DNA of 64,000 nucleotides, from the sequence record ON529855.1; one strand, given 5' to 3'. The notes under the pieces are model-generated. The model searched no databases and had not been told where the DNA came from. It worked only from the letters and a program-made list of their open reading frames with translations. The translations under genes and the position numbers were made by a program. Shown here piece by piece: positions 1-9,672 of this stretch (its first letter is position 1; each line of letters starts with the position of its first letter).

Positions 1-103
1 AGCGGACAAAAGTTAACAAGAGGTTAACGCCGTGGCGATTTTTCAGGCGCGCTCGCGGCGAACGGGCGTTAACCTTAACGGCCGTTTACAAAGCCAGGCC
101 CGC

Positions 104-433
104 CTAGTGCGCGTGGAAGTCCACGCGCCCGGCGGGCGAGACGTCGAAGTCCCAGACGTTGAAGCGGGCGGCCTCGGCGGCCTCGGCCTCTTCAGCCGCG
201 CGGGCGGCGGCATAGGCCTCGCCTTCGGCCTTGTGGGCCGCTTCGGCCTCGGCCAGTTCCGCGCACTCGCGGGCGTAGGCCTCGGGGCAGCCGTAGCCCG
301 TGGGGCGGTTGGGGCGCGCGTCGAGCCACGCCTGCGCGGCGGCGACCGTGACGCCCGCCATGACCGGGCGGACGCCGTAGTCGTTGCGGTGCAGGGCGTA
401 GTAGAGGTCGAGGGTTTCCTGATCGGCGGTCAT
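104..433 (-). CDS. hypothetical phage early protein (109 aa)
   Basis: ATG at 433 with GGAGAG RBS, downstream of CtrA box 487. Confidence 0.75.
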   Translation of the reverse strand: MTADQETLDLYYALHRNDYGVRPVMAGVTVAAAQAWLDARPNRPTGYGCPEAYARECAELAEAEAAHKAEGEAYAAARAAEEAEAAEAARFNVWDFDVSPAGRVDFHAH

Positions 434-510
434 CACGTCTCTCCGGCGGGCCAGTCCCGCCACGTCCTCACCCTAGCGGACAGGTGTTAACAAGAGGTTA
501 ACAGCCGCGA

Positions 511-605
511 GAAAATCGGGCAGGGTCCCCGGTCGAAAAATCAGGCAGGGTCCCCGGTCGAAAAATCAGGCAGGGTCCCCGGTCGAAAAATCAGGCAGGG
601 TCCCC
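511..605. repeat. 25-bp tandem repeat GAAAAATCAGGCAGGGTCCCCGGTC (about 4 copies)
   Basis: CAGGGTCCCC at 521, 546, 571, 596. Confidence 0.95.
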
Positions 606-633
606 ATTAACCTTAACGGGCGGGGCGCTCTCG

Positions 634-867
634 TCACTGGCGCGTGTGCCAGTGACGCGCCAGTCGGGAGGTTCGCGGGTTTGTCCCGTCACTATCCCAT
701 TGCCCCGCCGCGACCCAGCCGATGGCGTCGCGCGCGTTGCGGGGATTGTGCTCGGCACCAGAGTCCAAGTCTAGCAGAACCGCGCCATGTGCTCGAACGT
801 CGTCTGGATAACGGGCCTCTATGGCGTTGGCGAGGCGAACCGCTAAGACGTTGCTGCGTCGGATCAT
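634..867 (-). CDS. hypothetical protein (77 aa)
   Basis: Start follows the stop of the 869-982 ORF by 1 nt. Confidence 0.6.
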   Translation of the reverse strand: MIRRSNVLAVRLANAIEARYPDDVRAHGAVLLDLDSGAEHNPRNARDAIGWVAAGQWDSDGTNPRTSRLARHWHTRQ

Positions 868-868
868 G

Positions 869-982
869 TCAGCGCCCTTTCCGGGAGTAGGAGCCTTTGC
901 CCTTGCGGGCCTTGACCACGCGGACCCGGTAAGCGGGGGTGGCGAGGGCGGCGGCGGCGGGGTTGCGTTTCGGGGCGGCCAT
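869..982 (-). CDS. ArfA-like small basic protein (37 aa)
   Basis: Hand translation MAAPKRNPAAAALATPAYRVRVVKARKGKGSYSRKGR; GGAGA RBS; CtrA box 1025; KGKGSYxRK is the ArfA core motif. Confidence 0.65.
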   Translation of the reverse strand: MAAPKRNPAAAALATPAYRVRVVKARKGKGSYSRKGR

Positions 983-1035
983 GGGTGTCTCCGTGGTTGA
1001 TAGAGACACCCTAGCCGACAGAAGTTAACAAGAGG

Positions 1036-1482
1036 TTAAGCGTCTGGATATTGCGCCTGAAGCTTCGCCAGCGTGGCCCGGTCCTCGGCTTCGGCGGCGC
1101 GGCGGGCCTCGTCGCGGCGCTTTGCGGCGGCGGTGCGCTTGGCGTCGCGGGCGGCGGTTTCAGGGGCCAGCCACGCCGGGTCCGCGCCCTCGGCGACCGG
1201 GGCCAGGTAGGACAGGGGGAAGGACACCTCGGCCCAGTCCTGATAGCCGTAGCTTCCCGAAACGTAGAATTTGACGTCCACGGTTTCAGGCTTGTCGCCG
1301 CGCGCCTCGTCCAGTTCCCAGCTTTCGAGATAGCCATAGACGACAGTGTCCAGACGTTGGTCCTTGGGCTTCACAGGCTCATCCAGCCGGAAGATGTAAA
1401 GCGCGCGGGCCAAGTGCTCCAGCGCCTCGTTCAGGGCGTCGCGCTCGGTCACAAAAGCCTTGAGACGGTCAGGGGTCAGCAT
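1036..1482 (-). CDS. hypothetical protein (148 aa)
   Basis: GGAGA RBS; TAA stop lies inside CtrA box 1025. Confidence 0.75.
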   Translation of the reverse strand: MLTPDRLKAFVTERDALNEALEHLARALYIFRLDEPVKPKDQRLDTVVYGYLESWELDEARGDKPETVDVKFYVSGSYGYQDWAEVSFPLSYLAPVAEGADPAWLAPETAARDAKRTAAAKRRDEARRAAEAEDRATLAKLQAQYPDA

Positions 1483-1497
1483 GGGCGGTTCTCCGGT

Positions 1498-1971
1498 TCA
1501 GGTCGCGGCGGTTTCGGTCAGGGCGGCGCGCAGGGCTTGGGTGACGGGGCGGATCGTCAGGGGATAGGCTTTCGAGACGTCCCAGTGGCGTTGCATCAGG
1601 GCTTCGGCCTCGTCCAGAGTCTCGGCGGTCCCCTCCTTCAGCTTGACCCAGCCGGGGGCGATTGACGACACGTCCTCGATCACGACATAGGGCGCGGGCA
1701 GACGCACAACCTCAAACCGCAAGGCCGGGTTTTCCGCCACGCCGCACGACTTGACGACTTTGAAGTGCGACTCATCCACGACGCGCAAGGCAAAGCGCGC
1801 CTGATAGGTGTCGGCGTCTTTCTTTTCGACGAAAAGGCCCAGTCCGTTGTTGCGCTCCCACTCGGCCAGCTTCTTGGTGAAGCGGGCGGGCGGCTTCGGC
1901 GCGCCGTCCGTGAAACGGATCGTGGCGCCGTAGGGGGCCAGCGCGTGCAGTTCGGTGGCGGTCAGAAACAT
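1498..1971 (-). CDS. hypothetical protein, N-terminus resembles an alphaproteobacterial plasmid/ICE family (F-DG-P-PP-RF-KKL--W---N)
   Basis: First gene after CtrA box 2016; motif recalled, not searched. Confidence 0.75.
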   Translation of the reverse strand: MFLTATELHALAPYGATIRFTDGAPKPPARFTKKLAEWERNNGLGLFVEKKDADTYQARFALRVVDESHFKVVKSCGVAENPALRFEVVRLPAPYVVIEDVSSIAPGWVKLKEGTAETLDEAEALMQRHWDVSKAYPLTIRPVTQALRAALTETAAT

Positions 1972-2110
1972 GGGGGCTCTCCCGTAGATGATGCGTCGGT
2001 TCTAGCACCGATTCGTTAACAAGAGGTTAACGGGCCGGGCGGGACTGGCGGGCGTTAACCTTAACGGCGGGCAGGCAGGATCAGGCCCGCCGAGGAGGCG
2101 GGCCGTCGCC

Positions 2111-2623
2111 TTAAACCGTGATGGCGTCGCGGGCCTTGGTCAGTTCCTCGATCAGCACATCAAGGCGGCGCACCGCCTCTTCGCCGCTGTCACAGTCTTC
2201 CTTGGCGTCCAGTTCCACCATGACGGCGGTGAAGATGGTGTCGCCCCCGTCCGTCGCATCGGCCAGGGTTTCCATCCACGCGTAATCCGCCTCGCCGTAG
2301 GCGTTGGCGAACTCGCGTTGCCACGGCGACAGGGGCGTGTCGGGCAGGGTGACGCCCAGCGTATGCGGCATCAGGTTGGTGGCGACTTTCAGGATTTGGA
2401 ATGACCCCGCCATGCCGTCGTCATAGGCGCATTGCAGTTCCTTGGCGATCTGGCGGGCGAGGGCGTCGCCGGTCGCCGCGCCTTGATCGTCGCCCAGCAC
2501 GGCCTCGTCGTCGCCAAGGTCTCGGGTCAGCAGCACGATGGCCTGATATTGATGGTCATGGTGGGCGCGGCAGTGCTCCACCACGTCGGCGCGCGGCAGG
2601 ATGAAAGGGGTAAGGTCGGTCAT
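2111..2623 (-). CDS. hypothetical protein (170 aa)
   Basis: CtrA box 2666, GGGAGA RBS. Confidence 0.8.
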   Translation of the reverse strand: MTDLTPFILPRADVVEHCRAHHDHQYQAIVLLTRDLGDDEAVLGDDQGAATGDALARQIAKELQCAYDDGMAGSFQILKVATNLMPHTLGVTLPDTPLSPWQREFANAYGEADYAWMETLADATDGGDTIFTAVMVELDAKEDCDSGEEAVRRLDVLIEELTKARDAITV

Positions 2624-2735
2624 GGGCTCTCCCGTCGATGATGCGTCGGTTCTAGCACCGATTCGTTAACAAGAGGTTAACGCGCCGGGCGGGGCGGCGG
2701 GCGTTAACCTTAACGGAAGGTGAAGGGTCGGCGCG

Positions 2736-3065
2736 TCAGGGGAGGCGCGCCGGGTTCAGTGACAGACTGACGCGGCGGGCCTTGGACGGCTTGCCGGTCA
2801 GGATTCGCTTGTCGGTCTTGGCCCCGCAGCAGGTGCAGACGGCCCGACCGAGATCGAACCGGACCGAGGCCAGGGGGTCGGCGGTGCCGTTCACGGTCAG
2901 TTTGAGCGCCACGTCTGACAGCTTGGGGTGATGGCCCTGTCTGCCCCGGCGGCGCTCGACGTGGGCGCTCATGCCCGCCGCGTTGCGGTTGCCCCGGCGG
3001 ACCACAGTCCCGGCGACCTTGTAGAGGCCGCCGGAAAAGGTGTTGTCGATGGCGTAGCGCCGCAT
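2736..3065 (-). CDS. hypothetical protein with CxCC motif (109 aa)
   Basis: TGATG coupling to upstream ORF. Confidence 0.65.
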   Translation of the reverse strand: MRRYAIDNTFSGGLYKVAGTVVRRGNRNAAGMSAHVERRRGRQGHHPKLSDVALKLTVNGTADPLASVRFDLGRAVCTCCGAKTDKRILTGKPSKARRVSLSLNPARLP

Positions 3066-3238
3066 CAGGCGTTCACGTCAAAGCGGCCAACGCGGTTCCC
3101 ATTGACGTCGCGCACGGCGCCCATGTCGGCCCCGTTCTCGATCTTGTCGGCGAGGTCGCGCAGGATGCGGGCGAGTTCGCCGGGCTTGGCGTCGTCGTCA
3201 AAAGCGGCGTTGCCGGTGTCGATTTCCAGTTTGAACAT
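3065..3238 (-). CDS. conserved phage hypothetical protein (57 aa, MFKLEIDTGNAAF...DVNGNRVG)
   Basis: Hand-translated; GGAGA RBS; CtrA box 3281. Confidence 0.75.
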   Translation of the reverse strand: MFKLEIDTGNAAFDDDAKPGELARILRDLADKIENGADMGAVRDVNGNRVGRFDVNA

Positions 3239-3424
3239 GGTCTGTCTCCGTTTCGATCCTTAGACCATAGCCGACAAAAGTTAACAATAGGTTAAGGGCT
3301 TCGCGGCCTGTTGCGAGGGGTTGGCGTTAACCTTAACGGGGCGGGGCAAAAGAGGGACGGCGGCCATCCCGGCGCCGTCCAGTTTACCGCGATCAGCGTT
3401 CGCGGCGACGCGTTCGGTTGCCGC

Positions 3425-3724
3425 CTAGAGGGCCGTCAGGGCGTGCCACAGGGCGTTAGGGACCACGCCGCCCGCCGCGACCGGATCGAAGGCGGTTTCC
3501 CCGCCCTCGGGGCCGTAGTGGGGCATGACGCAGCCGGGCAGGGCGTCGATCATGCGGATGCGGTAGAGCGGAACGTCTGCGAAAGGGGGGTTCTCAACCC
3601 GGCCCAGGACCTCGGCGCGACCTTCGCCGCCATTGAGGTAGCCCGGCGCATAGGTCACGATCTGGCCCGGCGCAAAGGCGGTGTTTTCCGGGGTGCGGAT
3701 AGGGGCGACGGCGATGCGGGTCAT
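3425..3724 (-). CDS. hypothetical protein, possible SH3-like beta barrel (99 aa)
   Basis: Follows the 3726-3905 ORF; PGQIV...EVLG...LYRI pattern. Confidence 0.65.
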   Translation of the reverse strand: MTRIAVAPIRTPENTAFAPGQIVTYAPGYLNGGEGRAEVLGRVENPPFADVPLYRIRMIDALPGCVMPHYGPEGGETAFDPVAAGGVVPNALWHALTAL

Positions 3725-3725
3725 G

Positions 3726-3905
3726 TCAGGCTCCAGCGGACAGAAGGACGGCGGTCGAAAGGTGTTGCGTCGCCTGCTTGCGCAGGGCGGCGGTGAGGAG
3801 GCGGGCGGCTTCCTTGGCGTTCCCGGCCAGCGCCGCCGCTTCGGCGCGCTTGGCGAAAAAGGCCTTGGACTTGCGGGCGCGCCGGGCGCGTTGGTAGTCG
3901 GTCAT
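3726..3905 (-). CDS. small basic helical protein (59 aa)
   Basis: Hand-translated MTDYQRARRARKSKAFFAKR...; CtrA box 3950. Confidence 0.65.
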   Translation of the reverse strand: MTDYQRARRARKSKAFFAKRAEAAALAGNAKEAARLLTAALRKQATQHLSTAVLLSAGA

Positions 3906-4035
3906 CGGGCTTGCTCCCTTGTGATGCCTCTAGTCCTACAGGACAGAAGTTAACAAGAGGTTAACGCCACGAACTTTTCGGCCGCCGGGCGGCGCGGGCG
4001 GCGTTAACCTTAACGCCGGGCGGCGGCGGGGCGGC

Positions 4036-4251
4036 CTAGCGGCGGCCAGCCCCTTGGGTCTTTTGGGCCAGGCGCCGCTCGCGCCCGGCGGTCCAGCCCC
4101 GGCGGTAGGCGTCGCCGATCTGGCGACGGTCCACGCCCGCCGCCCACGACATCCGGTTGTCGCGGCGCCCGTATTCCAGCCCGGACTCGGCGTCGATGAC
4201 GCCGCCGTGATATTGCGCCATCAGGGCGCGTTCCGTGACCGGGAGCCCCAT
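4036..4251 (-). CDS. hypothetical protein with Rmf/CrpP-like YxxGxxD...AYxxGW motif (71 aa)
   Basis: Last gene of a translationally coupled 3-gene operon. Confidence 0.6.
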   Translation of the reverse strand: MGLPVTERALMAQYHGGVIDAESGLEYGRRDNRMSWAAGVDRRQIGDAYRRGWTAGRERRLAQKTQGAGRR

Positions 4252-4475
4252 CAGTGAACCCCGCCCAGCCGGGCGGCGCGCTGGTCGTCGTTTTCCATAT
4301 AGAAGTGACCGTCGATGCGGTAGATGCGTTTTCCGGCGTCATAGGGGCGCAGGCCCCCGAACGCGACTTGGAAGGTGGCGGGGGCGTCGCCCACGTAGAG
4401 GGTCGCGCCGTCCGGCTTGACGCAGACGGCGGCCCCCTCGCGGACCTGAACGGTTCCGATCAGGCGGCGGGCCAT
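4251..4475 (-). CDS. hypothetical protein (74 aa)
   Basis: TGATG coupling on both sides. Confidence 0.7.
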   Translation of the reverse strand: MARRLIGTVQVREGAAVCVKPDGATLYVGDAPATFQVAFGGLRPYDAGKRIYRIDGHFYMENDDQRAARLGGVH

Positions 4476-4774
4476 CAGGCGGCGGCCTTCTTGGCGGCGG
4501 GCTTATAGCCCTCGACGCGGCCTTCCAGCAGGGCGGACCCGTCCAGCGGACCCTCGAACGAGTCCACGTCGTCCATGGCCGCCATCGTCACGGCGCGGAA
4601 GGCCTTTTTGCGGACGACGGAATTCACCGCCCCGTCGTTGGCGCGGCTGACGGCGCGGTAGCAGGCTTCGGGGTGAGATTGAGCGCGGACGGTGCGCTTA
4701 TAGACGCCCATGTCGTCGCCCATCCAGAACATGACGACGAACTCTTGGCGTTCGGGGCGGATCGGGTGTTGCAT
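4475..4774 (-). CDS. hypothetical protein (99 aa)
   Basis: AAGGGA RBS before ATG 4774; CtrA box 4826. Confidence 0.7.
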   Translation of the reverse strand: MQHPIRPERQEFVVMFWMGDDMGVYKRTVRAQSHPEACYRAVSRANDGAVNSVVRKKAFRAVTMAAMDDVDSFEGPLDGSALLEGRVEGYKPAAKKAAA

Positions 4775-4925
4775 CGCGGGTGGTCCCTTGCGGTGGTTTG
4801 TTCCCTTATACATAGGGGACAGAAGTTAACAAGAGGTTAAGACGCGAAAGTTTTTTGGGCGGGGCAGGCGGGCGTTAACCTTAACGACGGGTTAATGGAT
4901 CAGCGGCCCCGAAGGGCCGCCCCTG

Positions 4926-5345
4926 TCAGGCCGCGACCGGCGCGCGCAACAGGGTCCACAGACGGTCCATCGCCTTGTTGACGACGTGGGGCGACCCGAC
5001 GCCGAACGGCGTGACGTTGACCACGTCGGCGGACTTCCAGACATAGGCCCGGATCGTCGCGACGCGGGGACCGTGCGGCGGCTGTTCGGTGGTGACGAAC
5101 AGGGTGACGCCCAAGGCGGGGACGTCGTAGAAGCCGCCGGGGAACTTCGTGCCGAAGCCCTTCATGGCGCCCTTGTCGAACCAATGCCCGCGACGACGGC
5201 GCGCGTAGTCGCGTTCGATATTGGCGAGGCAGTTGCTCGATCCCTCGAAGGCCGGGCCTTCGTGCGGCGCGGCGGCGGCGGCGGCGAGGAGGCCCGGCAG
5301 GGCGGCGGCGGCGGCTTGGGCGATGCGTTCGGCTTGGGTGGTCAT
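4926..5345 (-). CDS. hypothetical protein (139 aa)
   Basis: GGAGA RBS; CtrA box 5387. Confidence 0.8.
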   Translation of the reverse strand: MTTQAERIAQAAAAALPGLLAAAAAAPHEGPAFEGSSNCLANIERDYARRRRGHWFDKGAMKGFGTKFPGGFYDVPALGVTLFVTTEQPPHGPRVATIRAYVWKSADVVNVTPFGVGSPHVVNKAMDRLWTLLRAPVAA

Positions 5346-5492
5346 GGTCGTCTCCGGTTTGATAGGTCCAACCTACAGGGGAGAAGTTAACAAAACGTTA
5401 ACGGCCGTCAAGGTCTTTCGGGCCGCGCGTTAAGGTTAACGGCGGGCGGGCGGCAGGGATGCGCCCCGGCGCGAGGCCGGGGCGATCCTGGG

Positions 5493-5813
5493 TCAGCCGA
5501 TCAGGCGCGTCTTGAGCGTCGCCCGGCCTTCCGGCGTCAGCTTGGCGCGTTGGGCGCGGAGGAAGTCAAGCCCCTTTTGATAGGAGTCGATCCTGCCGCC
5601 GTATTGGCGCTCCAACCACTTCAACGGCTCCGGGTAATGCGAGGCGTAGAAGGCCACGCGACCCGGCCTGATGCGGGGGAACAGCTTGGCGCGGGCCTCT
5701 TTGATCGAGGTCGCGCCGGGGACGGGCAGTTCCGCGACCACGCGCCCCTTGCGGAGGATATGGGCCGTGTTCAGTTCCGGCGCGTAGGCGTGGCGTTCGA
5801 GGATCAGTTTCAT
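5493..5813 (-). CDS. hypothetical protein (106 aa)
   Basis: GGAGA RBS; CtrA box 5856. Confidence 0.8.
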   Translation of the reverse strand: MKLILERHAYAPELNTAHILRKGRVVAELPVPGATSIKEARAKLFPRIRPGRVAFYASHYPEPLKWLERQYGGRIDSYQKGLDFLRAQRAKLTPEGRATLKTRLIG

Positions 5814-5866
5814 CGGTCGTCTCCGTTTCGATCCTTAGACCATAGGCGACAGAAGTTAACAAGAGG

Positions 5867-6508
5867 TTAAGAGGTGAAGTTTTCCAGATAGCGGCGGCGC
5901 ATCCCCGCGACCGTCGTCGGCGTGACCCGGACAATGTCGGCGTTTTTGCGCATCATATCCGCCCGCATGAACGACGTCGTCGCCAATTGCAGGGTGTGGT
6001 TCACGCAGGAATGATAGCCGTCTTTCAGGCGCTCAATCGGCCACGTCGCCGGTTGCAGCTTGGCGCGTTCCAAGGTCTCCAGCGGGATCGGCACGGCGAG
6101 GTCGTCGCGGTGCTGATCGGACTCCGTCCGTTCATAGGTCGCGCCGCGCGGATAGACGCCCAAGATCAAATCCCCGTTGTTCAGCCGGAACCACGTCAGG
6201 CCGGAACGCCCGTCGTCGTCAACCGCTTGCGCCAGCACGTAGCGGGCCACGGCGGCGTCCGCCGGGACGGCCCACGCCACAACCGAATCGAGCATATTGC
6301 CGTCTTCGTCATGGGCGAAGATCGCGGACGGGGGGCCAGGTTCCTCCACGACGCCGGACGGGTCTAGGCCATAGCGCCCTTCGAGCCAGACGGCGCGGGC
6401 CATGGTCAGGCCGTCGCGATAGGCGTCGCGTTCGGCCTCCGTCTCAAAGGGGCCGTGCAGGACGTTCGCCGGGCAACGCATGTAAAAGCCAACCGCTGAA
6501 TCGGTCAT
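5867..6508 (-). CDS. hypothetical protein (213 aa)
   Basis: GGGAGA RBS; CtrA box 6551; stop inside box 5856. Confidence 0.8.
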   Translation of the reverse strand: MTDSAVGFYMRCPANVLHGPFETEAERDAYRDGLTMARAVWLEGRYGLDPSGVVEEPGPPSAIFAHDEDGNMLDSVVAWAVPADAAVARYVLAQAVDDDGRSGLTWFRLNNGDLILGVYPRGATYERTESDQHRDDLAVPIPLETLERAKLQPATWPIERLKDGYHSCVNHTLQLATTSFMRADMMRKNADIVRVTPTTVAGMRRRYLENFTS

Positions 6509-6615
6509 CGGGGTCTCCCTTGATTGAGCCTCCTGTCTAGCACTGATTCGTTAACAAGAGGTTAACGTCGCGGAACGGACGGGCGTTAACCTTAACGGGC
6601 GGTAAGGGTAGAACG

Positions 6616-6846
6616 TCACCGGACAGGCCGGTAACGCTCCACGGGATAAGAGCCCGCTTTGGTGTAGATGGCGTAGGCGCCGTCGGCGTCGGGACCCAGG
6701 CAGGCAAAGGCGCCGCGCGAGGCATTGCGATTGCGCCGGTAGAACAGGGCGAGGAATCCTGCGGGCGTTTTGGCTGCGGTCTCTTCAAGGTCCGGCAAGT
6801 CGCGGGAGCGACCATCCTCATAGTCGGTGACACTGTAGCGTTTCAA
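6616..6846 (-). CDS. hypothetical protein (76 aa, TTG start)
   Basis: GGAGG RBS before TTG 6846; CtrA box 6890. Confidence 0.6.
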   Translation of the reverse strand: MKRYSVTDYEDGRSRDLPDLEETAAKTPAGFLALFYRRNRNASRGAFACLGPDADGAYAIYTKAGSYPVERYRPVR

Positions 6847-6954
6847 GGGGCTTCCTCCATTGCTGCCCCATTCTTGTAGCACTGATTCGTTAACAAGAGG
6901 TTAACGCGTTTCGGCGGTGGGCGTTAACCTTAACGGGCGTTAGGAAAGCCAGGG

Positions 6955-7365
6955 TCACAGGCCCCGGCAGGTGGGACCGAACCCGGACTCGATCGACACG
7001 GGATCGGTCAGGGGCAGGGCGCAGCGCCCGCAGCGGCCCTCATGATAGACCTTGAGGGCGGGCGGGATGCGCCCGGCGGCGAGGTGGGGCCACGCCCACG
7101 CGAAGGCGCGCGCGGACGGGGCGTCGGCGCCGATGCGGGCGCGGCGGCCATGGCGGAACGAATCATCGGCGAAGATCGTGCCGAGGAAGGTGTAGTCGGC
7201 TTCGTTGTCCGCGCCAGTCAGGACCGACACGAACCAGACGCTATCCTTGGCGCCCACGCGATAGGTGTAGCGGGCGCCGGTGGCCTCGCTGACCAGTGTG
7301 ACGCGGGCGCGACCGGCGAGCATGAAGCGGCGGACGGTTTCGGCGGACATTTCAGCGGCGGACAT
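6955..7365 (-). CDS. DUF6011-type zinc-binding phage protein
   Basis: C-terminal CGRCALPLTDPVSIESGFGPTC motif; CtrA box 7412. Confidence 0.75.
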   Translation of the reverse strand: MSAAEMSAETVRRFMLAGRARVTLVSEATGARYTYRVGAKDSVWFVSVLTGADNEADYTFLGTIFADDSFRHGRRARIGADAPSARAFAWAWPHLAAGRIPPALKVYHEGRCGRCALPLTDPVSIESGFGPTCRGL

Positions 7366-7506
7366 GGGGTCGGCTCCGGGCGGGTGATCCTGTCACCCTA
7401 GAGCCGATTCGTTAACAAAAGGTTAAGGCCTATCCGCCGCCGGGACGCATTAAGGTTAACGGCGGGCTGGCGCGGAAGGCCGCCCGGCGAACCGGGCGGC
7501 GCAGGT

Positions 7507-8016
7507 TCAGGGGGCCAGAGGATCGGGGGCGGGGACGATCTCGACTTTGCGCCTGCCCTGCTTGACGCGTCCGACCTTGATTCGCTTCTCGATGGCGGCG
7601 CGCGCCCATTCGGTGCGCGTGGTCTCGGCGGCGTGGCGGCCCGTCTCATCAACGGCGCTATAGATGGAATAGAGCAGGCCGAACAACGCGACCTCCGGCA
7701 TGGCCTTGATCGCCTCCAGCATTTCGCCGTTGTCATAGGCCCCGGACACTTCCACCACGCGGGTGCCGGCGCCGTGCTGCATCAGGATATAGAAGGTCGA
7801 TTTGCGGTCGCGGCGGCGCTCGCTTTCGCCGGTGCGGCGGACGGCCAGCTTGACGTCATAGGCGCGGTAACAGACGCCGGTCCCCGGCTTGCCGTTGTCG
7901 CTTCCCAGGATGCGCATTTCGCGTTCCGGCAGCGGATGGCGCAGAACCTCGAAGGGCTCGAAAGAGGTGTCGTCGGCGTAGCCCGATCCACGGGCGATGA
8001 TGGCGCTTTTCAGCAT
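7507..8016 (-). CDS. hypothetical protein (169 aa)
   Basis: GGAGA RBS; second gene of the cassette. Confidence 0.75.
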   Translation of the reverse strand: MLKSAIIARGSGYADDTSFEPFEVLRHPLPEREMRILGSDNGKPGTGVCYRAYDVKLAVRRTGESERRRDRKSTFYILMQHGAGTRVVEVSGAYDNGEMLEAIKAMPEVALFGLLYSIYSAVDETGRHAAETTRTEWARAAIEKRIKVGRVKQGRRKVEIVPAPDPLAP

Positions 8017-8070
8017 GAGGGGTCTCCGGTTGCGGGCCTGTTGAGAGACAGGCCCGGCGTGAATAGGGGC

Positions 8071-8508
8071 TTAACCCGTGATGTCTTCGGTGCGGTCGCG
8101 CAGGGCCTCGGCGTAGGTGTCGAAGGGCGCCGATTCGGCCTCTTGTTCTGCGTCATACCAATGGAACCGCTTGACCGGGGCGGCGTCTTCCGTCGCGCCG
8201 GGGTAGGTGCGCTGAAAGACTTCCAAGTCGTCCAGATCGCCGTCTTCCGGGTCCAGTTGCAGGTTGAGGGGCGCGGGCGCCTCTGGAACCTTGCCGCTCG
8301 AATAGACGTCCACACAGACGCCCATGAAGGTCGCGATTTCGGTCGCCTGCGTCAGAAACTGGCGTTGATACGAATCGGGCAGGGCTTGAGCCACGGCCAC
8401 GGCGAAGGCGTCCGAGGCGAGGCACCAGACCAGTTCCGTAAAGGTCTCGACGCCGTCGTCCATGTCGGCGTAACCGATGACGGTGTAAAAGGCGGGGCGT
8501 TCAGCCAT
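8071..8508 (-). CDS. hypothetical acidic protein (145 aa)
   Basis: AGGAGA RBS; CtrA box 8551. Confidence 0.8.
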   Translation of the reverse strand: MAERPAFYTVIGYADMDDGVETFTELVWCLASDAFAVAVAQALPDSYQRQFLTQATEIATFMGVCVDVYSSGKVPEAPAPLNLQLDPEDGDLDDLEVFQRTYPGATEDAAPVKRFHWYDAEQEAESAPFDTYAEALRDRTEDITG

Positions 8509-8698
8509 GGGGCTCTCCTGTTGCGTTGGGGATACCCTAGTCCGCAGAAGTTAACAATAGGTTAAGATGCTGGAGATTTCCCGGCGGGCGGGGCGGGCGT
8601 TAACCTTAACGCGCCGTTAACCTTACCGGCGGGCGGGCAGGGGCGGCCCCGGCCTAGAGCCGGGGCGCCGGGGCGGCGTCATTCCGCCCCGTTCCCTG

Positions 8699-8896
8699 TC
8701 AACCCTCGTCCGGCTGATAATCCGGGTCGGGGTCGAAGCGGCCGCAGAAGGTCCGGCCCTCCGATTCCATGCCGGGCTCGAAAGCCCGGATGACATACAT
8801 GGCCCGGCCCACGGTGTTGAGGTTGAGCACCGCCACCGGGGCGCCCTCCCGGTTTGCGGTGCGTTGCGCGTCGCGCTTGACCTGATCGAGGCCCAT
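8699..8896 (-). CDS. hypothetical protein (65 aa)
   Basis: Starts 3 nt after upstream stop. Confidence 0.65.
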   Translation of the reverse strand: MGLDQVKRDAQRTANREGAPVAVLNLNTVGRAMYVIRAFEPGMESEGRTFCGRFDPDPDYQPDEG

Positions 8897-8899
8897 GGG

Positions 8900-9268
8900 T
8901 CAGCCCTCGTAACGGTCGTGAACCGAAACCGGGCCGCCGAAGCGGGGACCGCCGAGGCGTTCCACGGCTTCGTTGAAACGGCTGTCCGTCGTTCCGGCGT
9001 AGTTGCCGCCCGCCATCAGCCAGCGCGTGTCCATCTCGCCGGTGTCCGTCGCCGGGACGATCTTGACCGCGCCGGGGACGTTGCCCTTGACCAGATAGGC
9101 GGCGGGGCGCGACGGGTTGGGGTCGAACGGGCCATCGACGTTGACCAAGGTCAGTTGCGCGACCTTGGACGTCACGCCGCCGTTGGTGCAGTCCACCGAG
9201 TCCAGCTTGATGATGTCGCCGGGGTGGTCGGCGGCGGCGCGGCGGTAGATGGAAACGATCAGGCCCAT
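8900..9268 (-). CDS. conserved phage hypothetical protein (DCTNGG...MAGGNY...DSRF...HDRYE)
   Basis: AAGGAGA RBS before ATG 9268; CtrA box 9313. Confidence 0.8.
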   Translation of the reverse strand: MGLIVSIYRRAAADHPGDIIKLDSVDCTNGGVTSKVAQLTLVNVDGPFDPNPSRPAAYLVKGNVPGAVKIVPATDTGEMDTRWLMAGGNYAGTTDSRFNEAVERLGGPRFGGPVSVHDRYEG

Positions 9269-9342
9269 GGGGCTCTCCTTTGTTTTGACCTTCACACCAT
9301 AGCGCGAAGGTCTTAACAAGAGGTTAACGCCGGAAAGATTTT

Positions 9343-9513
9343 TCAGGCGATGGCGAAGGTGACGGCTCCGGTCGAGACGCCACCCAGCAGGGCGCGGCGG
9401 AACGGGTCGAGCGCGGGCGCCGGGGCGGCCTTGGCCTTGCGGGCGCGCGGCTTGGGCGCGGCCTTCGCGGCGGCGGGCTTGCGGGCGCGGGTCGTCTTCG
9501 GGGCGTCGGTCAT
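9343..9513 (-). CDS. Lys/Ala/Arg-rich small protein with hydrophobic C-terminus (56 aa)
   Basis: MTDAPKTTRARKPAAAKAAPK...; degenerate box at 9570. Confidence 0.55.
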   Translation of the reverse strand: MTDAPKTTRARKPAAAKAAPKPRARKAKAAPAPALDPFRRALLGGVSTGAVTFAIA

Positions 9514-9672
9514 AGCAGGGCCTTTCAGCAGGGGTTGAAGTCCAGAGCCCCCAGCCTCGCACTGATTCCTTACCAAAGGATTAACGGGCCAGGTCACGCC
9601 GGGCGGGCGTTAACCTTAACGGATCGGGCGGGACCGTTAACCACGGCGGAGGGGTCCGCCGTGGTCGTGGGG

